A stretch of DNA of 64,000 bases from an uncultured cyanobacterium (GCA_963719515.1 CAVRCJ010000001.1:192001-256000); one strand, 5' to 3'; positions 9,401 through 20,409 are shown, numbered from the stretch's first letter. Program-made: numbers and translations. Notes: a model not told the origin generated them from the letters alone.

Positions 9401-11403
9401 TCTTCAACCGTGAGCTGCTGGCCCGACCAGCTAAACTGAGTTCGCAAAGGCTGCTCTAGCAGCGGCGCGTTGGAAAGCCGCAGTTCCCCGTCTGCCGTAA
9501 CGTCGCTGGGGGTGCGCGCCGATACTGGTCCCGCTAAGGTGACGATTCCGTTGACGATACTATTGTATGAGCCACTAGCAGGCTCCACCGCTCCAACCGC
9601 CTGACCAATTGGCGTTTGCCCCAGCTGCCCCAAGCGCTCCAAGGTGCCTTCCGGTAAAGGCAGCTGTGCCAGCGAGAGCTGCTCTCCTCGAGCGGTTGCC
9701 TGCCACTGCTGCTGCCGGAGATCTACCTCCCCCTCCAGCGAGACTTGGCCGCCTCCAATTTGGACTGTGGTATCGCGGGCGGCGATTTGGCTCCCCTGCC
9801 AGGTTACCTTCCCTTGGGCCGGGAACGTACCGTCCAAGGCCCGCCAGGAAGCCTGACCCGCGAGCTGACTAAACGGGCCGCCCACTTGGGCCGTGGCATC
9901 GACATCGCCTAAGGCTAGGGTTGCGGGCGCTTCAGGCCAGTAGCGCTGCAGCACTGTATCGCCGGGAATATCATCGGCTTGAAGCGCCAAATTCACCGTA
10001 GGCCGTGGGCTAAGCCGCAGCCGCCCGCTCCCAAACAGGGCCCCGCCTTCTCGGGGGAAAACCTCGATGGCGTTGAGGGCGATCGCCAAGTTAGCGGTCG
10101 TCACTGGGGTTTCAGTTGACCAGCGGGCGCGGGCAGTACCCAAATCCAGCTGATCGACCTCCAGGTTATTGGCCTGGACTGTTCCCGATAAAAGCGGCGC
10201 TTGGACGTCTCCAGTGACCTGAACAGCGGCGTCTAATAGACCGCCGAGGGCGACCGGCGGCTCGACTCCAGCCGCCGAAAGGAGCTGAGACAGATCGGCG
10301 GCGGTGGTTTCAGCCATCAAATTGTAGCCCTCACGCAGATGAACCGTTCCCGACAGCGTTACGGGGAGCCCCTCCACTTGGGCTGAGGCAGTTTCGACCC
10401 GCATCCGCTGCTCTTGAAACCGCAGACGCGCCCTCCCATCGGTCATCACTTGCTCAAAGGCGGCGACGCCAAAGGCAAGATTTTCTATTTGGGCGCTGCC
10501 GTTGAGGGACAAAGGCTCTTCAGATGGGTTGTCCCGCAGCCGAATTCGGAGGTTGCTGCTGAGCTGTCCGGCGGTAAGCTCTATCGGCAGCGCGACCGGC
10601 AGGAGTGGCAGCAGGGGCTCAAGATCTAAATTGCGAGTCTTGACCAGCAGGTTGGCGCGGCGATCGCGCTCTAAATCGGCCTCTCCTTCTAGAACAATAC
10701 TTGCCCCACTTCTCTCAAAGCTGGGGCTGCCCTCTAGCTCAAACTCAATGCGCTCTCCGCCCCTCAGCTTGCCCTGCCCGCCCGCCTGTAGGCTGATCCA
10801 GCGATCATCTGACTGGGAGAAAAGGGTGCCCTGCTCTAGCTGGGCCGCTGCGGCGACCTGCTCCTGCTCTAGTGCCTCTAGGGAGCCGGGGTAGGGAATC
10901 AGCACGAAGCGCCCCGATTTGACGCGGATGGTGTCTAGCTTAAATTCAATCCATCCTGGCTCCCGAATATCCACTTGGGTGGTTACCCAGCCCTCCGGCG
11001 TCTGATCTACGATGGCCTGGGGCTCTATTACCGTAATGGTGAGGTGGAGCGATCGCAGCAGCAGCGCCTCTAGAGGGTTAAAGCCCACCCGCACCGCAGC
11101 AGCGCTCACTTGGTCAAAGTCGGTGGCCGTGGGCGGTAGCTGGGTGGGTCCAAAGCGAATGCTGATGGGAGAGACGCCCTCTACTTCCCCCAACAGCAGC
11201 GGGCGGCCAATCAGGTCAGTAATGGCGGTTTCAATCCGGGGAGCAAGGTAGGCGTTGACCCAGCGCTGCAGAAGCCAGGTTCCTCCTCCGGCGGCGATCG
11301 CGACCACTGCTACGGCAACTCCAGTACGATACAGCCACCGCTGCCGCTGCCGCCGCACGGCTGATCCGCGATCGCGATTCGTCTCAGGACTTGGGGATGC
11401 CAT
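6418..11403 (-). CDS. tamB: Translocation/assembly module TamB (DUF490) family protein
   Basis: 1661 aa, N-terminal TM anchor, beta-rich body, C-terminal LSSSPGRSDAEILALLGG and GLRYRINDELQLRSSTNF typical of cyanobacterial TamB. Confidence 0.9.
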   Translation of the reverse strand: MASPSPETNRDRGSAVRRQRQRWLYRTGVAVAVVAIAAGGGTWLLQRWVNAYLAPRIETAITDLIGRPLLLGEVEGVSPISIRFGPTQLPPTATDFDQVSAAAVRVGFNPLEALLLRSLHLTITVIEPQAIVDQTPEGWVTTQVDIREPGWIEFKLDTIRVKSGRFVLIPYPGSLEALEQEQVAAAAQLEQGTLFSQSDDRWISLQAGGQGKLRGGERIEFELEGSPSFERSGASIVLEGEADLERDRRANLLVKTRNLDLEPLLPLLPVALPIELTAGQLSSNLRIRLRDNPSEEPLSLNGSAQIENLAFGVAAFEQVMTDGRARLRFQEQRMRVETASAQVEGLPVTLSGTVHLREGYNLMAETTAADLSQLLSAAGVEPPVALGGLLDAAVQVTGDVQAPLLSGTVQANNLEVDQLDLGTARARWSTETPVTTANLAIALNAIEVFPREGGALFGSGRLRLSPRPTVNLALQADDIPGDTVLQRYWPEAPATLALGDVDATAQVGGPFSQLAGQASWRALDGTFPAQGKVTWQGSQIAARDTTVQIGGGQVSLEGEVDLRQQQWQATARGEQLSLAQLPLPEGTLERLGQLGQTPIGQAVGAVEPASGSYNSIVNGIVTLAGPVSARTPSDVTADGELRLSNAPLLEQPLRTQFSWSGQQLTVEEAIAPDLRVAGTIDIPFSGWQPSLQRLDLDVGIEEYNLARVAPFSKALQLRGIAGFEGRVSGSLDALEVAGQTQFADLAINDIELGTLAGPITFSPSGSSVALSGSEGTIAVALDETQQPVSFRAQQGETQIEGQREGDRLVTEVRQFPLTALNLKPAGRIGQLGGDLSGNLTVDWPSLQAQSWSDWRAALRQVKAAGEVVVDAPRLGYIAGQQVRGQVQLADGVVRLQDGALLVGRSRYGISGQLATEPELTAQGKIVAKEGYVQDLLLALQIFDLEDFARGLSTRQFGSSEAIGRLTLGAADLSLQQRLQRYAEIEAIRRQQAEASTAARLPPLSQLDGDFSGIIDFALQNRELTADFDLAGKDWRWGPYSASNQLIAKGNISEGALTLLPLRFASEETQLNFAGTLGNSDEALGQLRAENVSAAFLQDFFDVPVDIDGNLNATASISGSLTNPQARGEIELASATLNNEDLQSAAARFSYTDARLNLIGQMSLDETSPLRVVGSLPYRLPQATVPPKDNSISLSVALEDDGLALLNLLNNQVKWEGGRGSATLDIGGTLEQTPEGLELQPLVSGLASFNAAAFSAAVLPGILTGVTGDIEFISDRIEIKGLQGEFSDGRVLAQGSIPLSTADSADEDVAPLKVDLEDLAINLKGLYNGDANGRIQIGGAALAPKIRGEIFLSDGRISLPEASLLEVASASEEEASGIFQAPELDELRVVLGDRLLVTRAPILNFVADGDIRVSGPLNDLQNLRPEGTIRLRSGQVNLLTTQFNLIRRYDNIARFLGSTDPILDVQLETSVLEQTRPVTRSRDPFAAFEVRELPSQRFGELQTVQIRATVQGPASQLFSNIELSSSPGRSDAEILALLGGVGEGTSNSSSALALAGSALFTSLQTLVSNSLGITNFRIFPAVITEGDREERGSDDVDPTLGLAAEIGVNITDNLSVSALQLLTVREPTQLGLRYRINDELQLRSSTNFSDESRVVIELNRRF

Positions 11404-11563
11404 CTAGGAGTCGAGATTGGAGAGCAACGAGCCCATGCACGTCTTATCGTAGACGATGATTTGCTTCCCTGTGTTACTGAAATAGACGCAAACTCAACTG
11501 GGGCATCCCTAGGTCAGCAATACTGTTTTAGCGCGCTGATTGGGGCTGAAGACTCAACAAGGA

Positions 11564-12982
11564 CTACTGTCGGAGGCGATCGGTGATTTGGCGTAGGGTG
11601 CGATTAAAGTCAGGGTTTTCCTCCAGCTTCTTAGAAACTTTATCGCAGCTATACATCACGGTAGTGTGGTCTTTACCTCCAAACACTTCGCCGATTTTGG
11701 GCAGGCTGAGGTCGGTTCGCTGACGCATGAGATACATGCCAATTTGCCGGGCCGTGCTGATTTCGCGGCGGCGGGAGTTGCTTTTAATGTCCTCAATAGA
11801 CACATCTAGCGCTTCCGACACGCACATCAAGATCGCGTCGGGAGTCACCTCAATCTGCTCAGCGGGCGGATCAATGACGGCAGCGATATTCTCTACCGTC
11901 ATCGGTAGGCCAGAAATAGAGATATAGGCCACAGCGCGGATTAGCGCTCCCTCTAATTCCCGAATGTTTGAGGTGTAGCGCGTTGCAATATACTCAATCA
12001 CCTCGCGGGGAAGACGCATGTTGTCGTACTCCGCCTTCTTTTGCAAAATCGCCATGCGGGTTTCGAGGTCAGGAGACTGAATATCAGCGATTAGCCCCAT
12101 GGAAAACCGCGAGCACAGGCGCTCTTGGAGACGCGGAATCTGGTTGGGCGGACGATCGGAGGCCAGCACAACTTGCTTACCGGCCTCGTGGAGGGCATTA
12201 AAGGTATGGAAAAATTCTTCTTGGGTGTATTCTTTACCCTCAATAAACTGAATATCGTCGATCAGCAGCAGGTCTACCGCCCGGTACTGCTCCCGAAAAT
12301 TTTGCATGCTGTCCTTGCGGATGGCGGTAATCAGGTCGTTGGTAAATTTCTCAGAGGAGACGTAGGTAATGCGGGCGTTGCCCTCGATCTCGCTGCGATA
12401 GTGGCCCACCGCCTGCATGAGATGGGTTTTACCCAGCCCGACGCCGCCGCACAAAAACAGTGGATTGAACTCTCGTCCCGGCGACTCCGCCACGGCCAGC
12501 GCTGCCGCATGGGCCATACGGCTATTGGCCCCCACCACAAACCGAGAAAAAATGTAGCGCGGATTGAGACGGTTGGGCTGAGCCGTTGACTTTGGCGGGG
12601 GCGGCGCGGTGTCAGCCAGCTCGACGATCGACGATTCATCGGCGGGCAGGCCGTTGGGTTCCCCGTTGAAGCCGCCTCGAAGGCGATCGCCGGCCCCCTC
12701 TGCCTCTCCGGCTTCGTCGGCGTCGGGCCGCACAAACACCTGAATTTCAACGCGGCGACCCAGAATGTCGTGAACGACATCTTCGATAGCGTTCAGGTAG
12801 TATTTTTGTATCCAGCTCCGGGCAAAGGGATTGCGCGTCTGCAGCACGAGCGTATCGTCATCGAGCAGCTCGACCGTCGCGGTTTTGATCCAGGTCTCAA
12901 AGGTAGGTCGACTCAGCTGAAGTTGAAGCCTCTCAAGAACTTGATTCCAAAAGTTATCTGAAACGGTTTTGACGTTTGTCAT
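11564..12982 (-). CDS. dnaA: Chromosomal replication initiator DnaA
   Basis: [33 protein letters not shown]. Confidence 0.99.
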   Translation of the reverse strand: MTNVKTVSDNFWNQVLERLQLQLSRPTFETWIKTATVELLDDDTLVLQTRNPFARSWIQKYYLNAIEDVVHDILGRRVEIQVFVRPDADEAGEAEGAGDRLRGGFNGEPNGLPADESSIVELADTAPPPPKSTAQPNRLNPRYIFSRFVVGANSRMAHAAALAVAESPGREFNPLFLCGGVGLGKTHLMQAVGHYRSEIEGNARITYVSSEKFTNDLITAIRKDSMQNFREQYRAVDLLLIDDIQFIEGKEYTQEEFFHTFNALHEAGKQVVLASDRPPNQIPRLQERLCSRFSMGLIADIQSPDLETRMAILQKKAEYDNMRLPREVIEYIATRYTSNIRELEGALIRAVAYISISGLPMTVENIAAVIDPPAEQIEVTPDAILMCVSEALDVSIEDIKSNSRRREISTARQIGMYLMRQRTDLSLPKIGEVFGGKDHTTVMYSCDKVSKKLEENPDFNRTLRQITDRLRQ

Positions 12983-13512
12983 ACCAAACCCTGCTTACCG
13001 CGAGGACGCTGTTTTTGCTTTAGATGCTGTTTTAGATGGCGTGAAGGCCGCGCCGATAGGCCACGCTGATGGACCACGTTGTGGGATCATCGACGATGTT
13101 TAGTAAGATGCCCTGTGGCTCACAGAAGACTCATCGCGCGGCGGGAAAAGAGGCGTGAGGTTTGCTGTGAGTTAGCGCTATGGACTCTCTAGACTACTAG
13201 ATATACGGGGTAATTTCCACAGCTCTTCTAGATATAGCGAGAATATTTACTATATGTACTATTTAGACGGACAGCAGGCTTTCCTTTCCGCAGCTCACCG
13301 CACGGCGGCTGTGGTGAGTCGGCCTCTATCATGAGTGGGTATAGATGCGAATACAGATACAGAGTTACGAGTCGATCGGGGTAAGTCACACAAGCTCAGC
13401 GGATTCAACTGTCCCTCATTCTGCCATGGTCTGTGTTCTACCCGACACTGGGCGAAGCAGCGAGCGGCATCGGTTGCCGCGCTTTCGTAAGCAGCTTCGC
13501 CTTTAGATTCTC

Positions 13513-14367
13513 TTAATCTATGCGGCTGAGTTGCCAAAAGCGATCGCCGTCAGGTTGAGTTGTGCCCTGCAGCTGAGCTTGAGAGACCTCCCAGTTTCGC
13601 CAGGTCCAGGCTTCCCCTCGCTGGGCGATCGCTGCCTCTGAGACCCCAGTGAGCGCCGTCAGTTCGGCAGCAGTGATCAAGTAGCCCTGCTGGGCTAGCT
13701 CGTCTGCCGCCCTCAGCTTGGTGAGCGCTGCTTCAATGCTGAGAGCTGGGTCAAGATCTGGGCTAGAAGCGGTACTAGATTTGGGCGTCATGGATTTAGG
13801 CGGCGATTTAGGTAGGAGCTCAGCGGATGCGGGCGCGGCCTGGGGAGAGGTTGAGGCCGACAGCGCACCGGTCTGAACGAGCTTGGGCTGCTCTCCAGTG
13901 GCAAAGGCGCGGGCGATCGCATCACAGCGATCGTTACCGGCATTTCCTGAATGGCCGCGGACGTAGGTCCACTTCAACGGCGCAGCGAGCTGGGCGTTGA
14001 CCTGCTGGTGTACCCGGTCAAGCGCTTCCCACAGATCTTGGTTGAGCACCGGCTTTCCCCCTGCGGTTTTCCAGCCTTTTTTCTTCCAGCCGTGGATCCA
14101 TTTGGTGATGCCATTTTGGACGTACTGACTGTCGGTGTAGAGGGTGGTGGGCTCGCGCTGCTCTAGCGCCGCTAGTGCTTCTAGGGCAGCGATCGCCGCC
14201 TGGATTTCCATGCGGTTGTTGGTGGTGTTTGGGGCAGCCCCCCCCAGTTCATGACGGCGATCGTCGCTGAAATAGAGGACGGTTCCCCAGCCGCCAGGGC
14301 CAGGATTGCCTGAGCAAGCACCATCTGTGTAGATCGCTTCGACGCGGGTTGAATTTAACGTCGCCAT
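13513..14367 (-). CDS. rnhA: Ribonuclease HI with C-terminal extension
   Basis: [41 protein letters not shown]. Confidence 0.95.
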   Translation of the reverse strand: MATLNSTRVEAIYTDGACSGNPGPGGWGTVLYFSDDRRHELGGAAPNTTNNRMEIQAAIAALEALAALEQREPTTLYTDSQYVQNGITKWIHGWKKKGWKTAGGKPVLNQDLWEALDRVHQQVNAQLAAPLKWTYVRGHSGNAGNDRCDAIARAFATGEQPKLVQTGALSASTSPQAAPASAELLPKSPPKSMTPKSSTASSPDLDPALSIEAALTKLRAADELAQQGYLITAAELTALTGVSEAAIAQRGEAWTWRNWEVSQAQLQGTTQPDGDRFWQLSRID

Positions 14368-14449
14368 AGCCTTGATATCTTGATGCGGTTGAGTTTAATC
14401 TAGGTCCACTGGCCACCAGCACACTCAGACAAACCGTGGGGCTCACACA

Positions 14450-15007
14450 TTATGTCTCAAATCGCCGCATTAAATAAGCAACCCCAAACTCACCGTTAGG
14501 GTGGTCCTCGAGCGCTTGAGCGAGGTCAAACAGGCGGTGGGCTAAGTCCTCACCGAGCTTGTCGATGGTCGCCTGACGCTCTCGGTGCTGATACTGTAAG
14601 GCTTTGACCTGAGCTTGCCAAGCCTCTGAAAAAAAGCTGTCGATCGCGCCGTGGAGACTGGCGGCGGCTAGGGTATCCCACTCTCCGGCGTCGCACCAAA
14701 CCCCTTTGCAGTTCTTGCAGCGCTCAATGAAAAAGGGCTGGGGTTGGCCGATACGCACCCGGGCCAGGTAATGGCCACAGCCAGGGCAAAAAGTGGCTTG
14801 GTTGTCGTAAAGGGATGCTGGGGATGACGAGGGCAAAATTTTGGGTGCGGCCTCGCGGATGTCCGCCGGCTGCTCCTGACGCCACGCACCGTAGTCCTCA
14901 CCCGAAATCCAGCTGCCGCGACAGCTTGGACAGCTGTGGTGGGCGGGACCGTTGGGAAGGGCGCCGGCATCGACTAAGTCAACAGACTTCTCTTTGGGGC
15001 ACTGCAC
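14450..15007 (-). CDS. zf-TFIIB-type zinc-ribbon protein
   Basis: Tandem CxxC ribbons (CPSCRGSW, CPGC, CKNCKGVWCDAGEW). Confidence 0.8.
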   Translation of the reverse strand: MQCPKEKSVDLVDAGALPNGPAHHSCPSCRGSWISGEDYGAWRQEQPADIREAAPKILPSSSPASLYDNQATFCPGCGHYLARVRIGQPQPFFIERCKNCKGVWCDAGEWDTLAAASLHGAIDSFFSEAWQAQVKALQYQHRERQATIDKLGEDLAHRLFDLAQALEDHPNGEFGVAYLMRRFET

Positions 15008-15112
15008 GCCAGTGATTATCCATAATGTGTCTTCTTCATTAAATCACGGTCAGATGAATCGCGGTTCGCGCAGGGTTTGATCTAGTCCTTCAGCCTACTG
15101 ATTTCCAACCGG

Positions 15113-15448
15113 TTACGTTGACCTTGCTATGGCTTCGGAATAGCCCTGCAGCGCTCGGAGGCGATCGCCTATGGTCTGCAGACGCTGGGCGCGGGTGGCG
15201 GGCTGGCGGGCCGATTTCAGGAACATGAGGTCGTTGCCCAGAAGCCTCAGCTGTTTGTGAAATTCGGTGACATAGGGCTGCTGAGCGGGTAGAAATTGTC
15301 CCCTGCCGAACGCCTGCTGGAGCTGTTGGTAAAGCGTCTCTAGCGTAGGCTCTGTGGCCAAACCGGCGGGGGATTCGGCAGACAGAACCTTCCTCTGCAG
15401 CTGCTTCAAGGTTGTCTGAAGGCGAGCGACATCCGAAAGCTCATCCAT
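15113..15448 (-). CDS. patD: PatD family protein (heterocyst frequency control protein homologue)
   Basis: TEFHKQLRLLGNDLMFLKSARQPAT motif; divergent from rel as in other cyanobacteria. Confidence 0.75.
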   Translation of the reverse strand: MDELSDVARLQTTLKQLQRKVLSAESPAGLATEPTLETLYQQLQQAFGRGQFLPAQQPYVTEFHKQLRLLGNDLMFLKSARQPATRAQRLQTIGDRLRALQGYSEAIARST

Positions 15449-15939
15449 AATGCGTATACAAAGTCAATTAAAAAATAATTAAGAGCTCAAGGTTGTCCTG
15501 AATGAGCCCCTTAGCACTAGTATGACGAACCATAGCCACAGCCGCTGCACCGCCCCCTTGCAGGTCTAGACCTGCCGCAGCAGGCTCAGAGAGCTCTTGA
15601 CAATACCCGCTAAGATTAAAGAGATATTAAGCTACCGTTTTGCCGTTAGCCGTCTTACCGCTGATGACGCAGCCGGGAGCGCTATAGCCTCTTTTGCTTG
15701 ACTTACGGACTCTTTCAGCTTAGCCTACAGCTTTCTGCTTCGGGCCAGTTGCCGCTTTGCCGCTGAGCCTAGCTGATTCCAGCGCTGACGGTTTGCGGCG
15801 ATCGCTGACCTTTATAGAGATAGGGAAATATACCTATTGATTGCCAATCCGTATATCCATGCGGAGAAGTTTGCCCTAGAATCATCGCAATCAGGACCCT
15901 CTACCCCACGGGATTTGTACCCACCCGCTACCGAAAACC

Positions 15940-18177
15940 ATGAACGTCATACCTACCCCTGCCATCCCCGATGATATTCAGCTTCCCGCCTGGCTGCGGG
16001 ACTGCCTCGTGGCTCCTGTCATCGGCGATCGTCTCAGCAATGCTGACCTGGTACGAGACGCATTTGAGTTTGCCTACTCCCTGCACCAGGGGCAGTACCG
16101 AGCATCGGGAGAACCCTACATCCTGCATCCCATTGCCGTAGCGGACCTGCTGCAGGATCTGGGAGGAAGCGCCGTCATGATTGCGGCCGGTTTTTTGCAC
16201 GATGTCGTAGAAGATACAGAGGTCTCTCTAGAAGACATTGAGCAGCGCTTCGGGGTTGAGGTGAGAACCTTGGTCGAAGGGGTGACCAAGCTATCAAAGT
16301 TTAACTTTTCTAGTCGCCTCGAGAGCCAGGCCGAAAACTTTCGGCGCATGTTTTTGGCCATGGCCCAGGACATCCGCGTCATCGTGGTCAAGCTAGCGGA
16401 TCGGCTGCACAACATGCGCACCCTGGAGCATCTGGCGCCGCCCAAGCAGCAGCGTATTGCCCGTGAGACCCGAGAAATCTTTGCGCCGCTGGCCAACCGA
16501 TTGGGGATCGGCCGCTTTAAGTGGGAGCTAGAAGACCTATCGTTCAAGTATCTTGAGGTCGACGCCTACCAAGAAATCAAGCAGCTGGTTTCTGAAAAGC
16601 GCACTGACCGCGAGGCCAAGCTTGACCATTCGATTGAGCTTCTGCAGCATCGACTCGCCCAGCAGGGGATCAACTGCGTCGACGCCAGCGGTCGGCCCAA
16701 GCATCTCTACGGCATTTATCAAAAGATGCAGCGGCAGCAAAAAGAGTTTGAGCAGATTTATGATATCGCCGCGATTCGCATCATCGTCGACTCCAAGGAT
16801 GCCTGCTACCGGGCGCTGGCGGTGGTGCATGATGTCTATCGCCCGATTCCGGGTCGCTTTAAGGACTACATTGGTCTGCCAAAGCCCAACCGCTACCAGT
16901 CTCTACACACTGTAGTAATTGGTCCCAATGGAAGCCCTATTGAGGTACAGCTTCGCACCGAAGAAATGCACCATATCGCTGAGTATGGAATTGCAGCCCA
17001 CTGGAAGTATAAAGAAGGGGGACTGGGTTCCCGCGTCACCACAGACGACGAGAAATTCACCTGGCTGCGCCAGCTTTTAGAGTGGCAAAACGACCTCAGC
17101 GACGCGCAGGAGTATTTAGAGAGCGTCAAGGTCAACCTGTTTGAAGACGAAGTGTTTGTGTTTACGCCTCGTGGGGATGTTATCGCTCTCAACCGAGGCG
17201 CTACCCCGGTCGACTTTGCCTATCGGATTCACTCCGAGGTCGGCAATCACTGCAGCGGCGCTCGCATCAACGGCCGCATTTTTCCCTTAGATACGCCGCT
17301 GCAAAACGGCGATATCGTCGAGATTTTGACTCAAAAGAACGCTCACCCTAGCTTAGACTGGCTTAACTTTGTGGTCAGCCCCGGAGCTCGCAACCGCATT
17401 CGCCAGTGGTATAAGCGATCGCACCACGATGAGAACCTCGCGCGAGGCCACGGCATGCTAGAGCGGGAGCTAGGTAAGAATGGCTTTGAGGCGCTGCTGA
17501 AGTCGGAGCCCATGCAGCAAGTGGTAGGACGCTGTAATTATCACGCCGTCGAGGACTTACTCGCTGGGCTCGGCTACGGCGAGATTACCGTCAACCACGT
17601 GGTCAACCGACTGCGAGAAGAAATCAAAGCGCAGCAGCCTATGGCACCCGCCGCGGATCTCAAGGAAGAGCTCAACGAATTTGCCCTCTCCTTGCCGCCG
17701 GCGGCCAAGCCCAGTACCGAGCCCATCCGCGGCATCGAAGGCCTGCTCCACAACATTGCGGGCTGCTGCAGTCCCCTACCAGGAGAACCGATTATCGGTG
17801 TGGTTACTTTAGGGGCTCACGGCATCTCGGTCCACCAGCAGGGCTGCTCCAACGTGGACGGCATTCCGGGCGATCGCCTGATTCCGGTGAGCTGGAACAG
17901 CGACGATGGTCAGGGACGCCCCCACACCTACCCCGTCCATATTCAAGTCGCGGTCCTAGATCGAGTCGGCGTACTCAAGGACGTCCTGTCGCGGCTTAGC
18001 GACCACAAGATTAATGTCAGCAGCGCCCAGGTCAAAACCGATCCCCACCACCAGCGCCCGGCCCTCATTGACCTGGAAATTGAAATTTCTGACCGCCAGC
18101 AGCTTGAGCGTATCCTGTGCCATATTCGCAAGATGAGCGATGTGCTGAATCTTCGCCGGTTTGCTCAGTCTGCCTGA
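15940..18177 (+). CDS. relA: Bifunctional (p)ppGpp synthetase/hydrolase (long RSH)
   Basis: HD motif LHDVVEDT, RFKDYI, YQSLHT, TGS and ACT domains. Confidence 0.97.
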   Translation: MNVIPTPAIPDDIQLPAWLRDCLVAPVIGDRLSNADLVRDAFEFAYSLHQGQYRASGEPYILHPIAVADLLQDLGGSAVMIAAGFLHDVVEDTEVSLEDIEQRFGVEVRTLVEGVTKLSKFNFSSRLESQAENFRRMFLAMAQDIRVIVVKLADRLHNMRTLEHLAPPKQQRIARETREIFAPLANRLGIGRFKWELEDLSFKYLEVDAYQEIKQLVSEKRTDREAKLDHSIELLQHRLAQQGINCVDASGRPKHLYGIYQKMQRQQKEFEQIYDIAAIRIIVDSKDACYRALAVVHDVYRPIPGRFKDYIGLPKPNRYQSLHTVVIGPNGSPIEVQLRTEEMHHIAEYGIAAHWKYKEGGLGSRVTTDDEKFTWLRQLLEWQNDLSDAQEYLESVKVNLFEDEVFVFTPRGDVIALNRGATPVDFAYRIHSEVGNHCSGARINGRIFPLDTPLQNGDIVEILTQKNAHPSLDWLNFVVSPGARNRIRQWYKRSHHDENLARGHGMLERELGKNGFEALLKSEPMQQVVGRCNYHAVEDLLAGLGYGEITVNHVVNRLREEIKAQQPMAPAADLKEELNEFALSLPPAAKPSTEPIRGIEGLLHNIAGCCSPLPGEPIIGVVTLGAHGISVHQQGCSNVDGIPGDRLIPVSWNSDDGQGRPHTYPVHIQVAVLDRVGVLKDVLSRLSDHKINVSSAQVKTDPHHQRPALIDLEIEISDRQQLERILCHIRKMSDVLNLRRFAQSA

Positions 18178-18239
18178 AGTGATTGCAATGAAGGCCACTG
18201 GCTGAAGGCCAGTTAGGCAAAAGATATAGGCGAAGGACG

Positions 18240-18983
18240 TCAAAGGTTTGACTCAAGCCACGCAGTAATCTGAGCGGCATTGTCCAACCGTTCGGCTAGC
18301 CGCGTCGTGGGGGGTGGCCATGTCTTAATCAGCGTTGGCGTTGCCGTAATCTGATGGGCCGCCATCTGGTCGGGGTGCTTATGGATATCAATCACTTTGA
18401 GGCTGTAGGGCCGACTCGACTGCTCTAAAGCCTGGTGGACGTGGGTAAGCGTGGTTTCCGTCTCGTCGGTCTGCCCGGCAACAAATAGAGTCAACACGCA
18501 CCCCAGTGATTCATCCTCGCTTGCAGAGAGCTGCGGCGCGGCAAAGGCCTGCATGACCAAATCGTGAGATTGCCAAAGCTGGGGAAATCGCTGCCGATAT
18601 TTGACCAGCAGTTGAGGATCGCAGAGATCTGGCGTAACCGGAATCCCTTTCCAGTCGGCCACATCAATGCCAAACACCGCATACAGGAGCGACCGATGAC
18701 GCATCACCAGGGGACGCGCCTCCGCCACCGTCAAAATTTGAGAGGTCTTTGGATCCTGCCAGCGGTCTACCGTTGCGGTGTAGCAGGGCACTAGGAAATA
18801 GGGCGGTTCAGGCAAGTTGAGGCGGTCTTGAAGCGCCGTACAGAGGTGCAGATGCCAGCGGCTCTGCTTGTGGACGTCGATGCAATAGGCTAAATCGCCT
18901 CCTGGCGTGAATAGAGCGATCCCTTTAAACAGAGGCGGCATGCTCTCTATAGGGTTGACCACTGGATTACCACTAGACGACAC
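18240..18983 (-). CDS. KaiB-domain protein with N-terminal extension
   Basis: C-terminal LTLFVAG...YSLKVIDIHKHPD...ITATPTLIKTWPPP KaiB-like motif. Confidence 0.8.
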   Translation of the reverse strand: MSSSGNPVVNPIESMPPLFKGIALFTPGGDLAYCIDVHKQSRWHLHLCTALQDRLNLPEPPYFLVPCYTATVDRWQDPKTSQILTVAEARPLVMRHRSLLYAVFGIDVADWKGIPVTPDLCDPQLLVKYRQRFPQLWQSHDLVMQAFAAPQLSASEDESLGCVLTLFVAGQTDETETTLTHVHQALEQSSRPYSLKVIDIHKHPDQMAAHQITATPTLIKTWPPPTTRLAERLDNAAQITAWLESNL

Positions 18984-19013
18984 AAAGCCCGAACAACGGT
19001 ACCGAAGCTGCTC

Positions 19014-20321
19014 CTAAACCCGGCCCCGAAGAATTTGTGCCATTTCGTTTGCCTTGGGCGACATCTCTAGGGCCGTCTCCTCAGTAATTCGGCCCGCTTC
19101 GTAGAGCTGGTAAAGAGACTGATTCATGGTGCACATGCCGTCAAAGGTGCAGCGGGGAATCAGCGCTTCTACCGCATCTAGGTCGCCCTTCGAGAGATAG
19201 TCCCTGACGGCGTCGGTGTTGATCATGATGTCGTGAAAGGCTGCCCGCTTGCCGTCGGTAGTGCGGCATAGTCCCTGGGAGATGACCGCTACTAAAGACT
19301 CAGCGAGGGATACGCGCACGGGGGCCTGCTCTTCCGGTTCGTACATGTTGAGCACCCGCTCAACGGTCTTAACCGCGCTGTTGGTATGCAGGGTTCCCAT
19401 CACTAGGTGTCCCGTTTGCGCTGCTTTGAGAGCCGTATCGATGGTCTCTCGGTCCCGTAGCTCTCCCAAAAGGATAATGTCGGGGTCTTCCCGCAGCGAA
19501 GCCCGTAGCGCCTGCTCAAACTTGAGGGTGTGAATGCCCACTTCCCGCTGTTTAATTAAGGAGCGCTGACTCGTATGAACGAACTCGATGGGGTCTTCGA
19601 TTGTGATGATGTTTTTGGGCATCTCACGGTTGATGTAGTGGATCATCGCCGCTAGGGTAGTGGACTTGCCTGACCCGGTTGGCCCCGTAATTAACACCAG
19701 CCCCTTTTGATAGTGACAGATATCCTTAAATACCGACGGCATGCTGAGCTCGTCCAAAGTCATGATGCGCTTGGGCACCAGACGCATCACCATGGCAGGT
19801 CCATGCAGCGTATGAAAAAGGTTGATTCTCACCCGAGCAAAGTCGTAGTCGGCAGCGCCGTCATAGTCTAGATGTTCTCTAAACTGCTCAATCACCAAAT
19901 CGGGTAATACTTCGCTCAGCCAGCCGAAAAAGGTCTCGTCATCGGTGATGGGATGATTGGTGCGCGTAATCTCCCCGCGATCGCGATAGCGAGGCACTTC
20001 TCCGACGCCCACGTGAACATCTGAAAACCCTTTGCTGAAAGCCTCTTGCACAATCTCCGCCAAAGAAGGCATCCCAGGCGATCGCCTGCGCCTCCGCTCA
20101 TCCAAACTTGCTGGCGGCTGCCCCATAGGTGGCGGTGCGGGGATGCCCCCTGCGGGCATAGCTTCCGTAGGCGCAGGGCCGACGGTTCTGTTGCCATGAG
20201 GGCCAGAGGCTTGGGTCCCGGTCCTAGAAGCTGCCTCTCCACTGGGCGACGTGGTGCGGCGCGGTGGCGGCGGTGGCATGTGGGATTGGGGCGGGGTGGG
20301 GGGGCGTTGTGAGTCAGTCAT
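19014..20321 (-). CDS. pilT: Type IV pilus retraction ATPase PilT (Pro-rich N-terminus, PilT2-like)
   Basis: GPTGSGKSTT, TIEDPIE, LREDPDIILLGELRD, TGHLVMGTLHT. Confidence 0.95.
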   Translation of the reverse strand: MTDSQRPPTPPQSHMPPPPPRRTTSPSGEAASRTGTQASGPHGNRTVGPAPTEAMPAGGIPAPPPMGQPPASLDERRRRRSPGMPSLAEIVQEAFSKGFSDVHVGVGEVPRYRDRGEITRTNHPITDDETFFGWLSEVLPDLVIEQFREHLDYDGAADYDFARVRINLFHTLHGPAMVMRLVPKRIMTLDELSMPSVFKDICHYQKGLVLITGPTGSGKSTTLAAMIHYINREMPKNIITIEDPIEFVHTSQRSLIKQREVGIHTLKFEQALRASLREDPDIILLGELRDRETIDTALKAAQTGHLVMGTLHTNSAVKTVERVLNMYEPEEQAPVRVSLAESLVAVISQGLCRTTDGKRAAFHDIMINTDAVRDYLSKGDLDAVEALIPRCTFDGMCTMNQSLYQLYEAGRITEETALEMSPKANEMAQILRGRV

Positions 20322-20409
20322 AGCTCAAATCCACGTCAATGTCGGAGTGCAGTCTGGTTACAGATTACCCCCGCTGTTTATGTTTCGCTGCAGTTGCGCA
20401 CGAGAATTC

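Noticed and set aside
12983..13512. oriC call upstream of dnaA
   Set aside because: Only one near-consensus DnaA box seen; not enough to annotate.
15449..15939. NtcA site in the patD-rel intergenic region
   Set aside because: No GTA-N8-TAC match found by eye.
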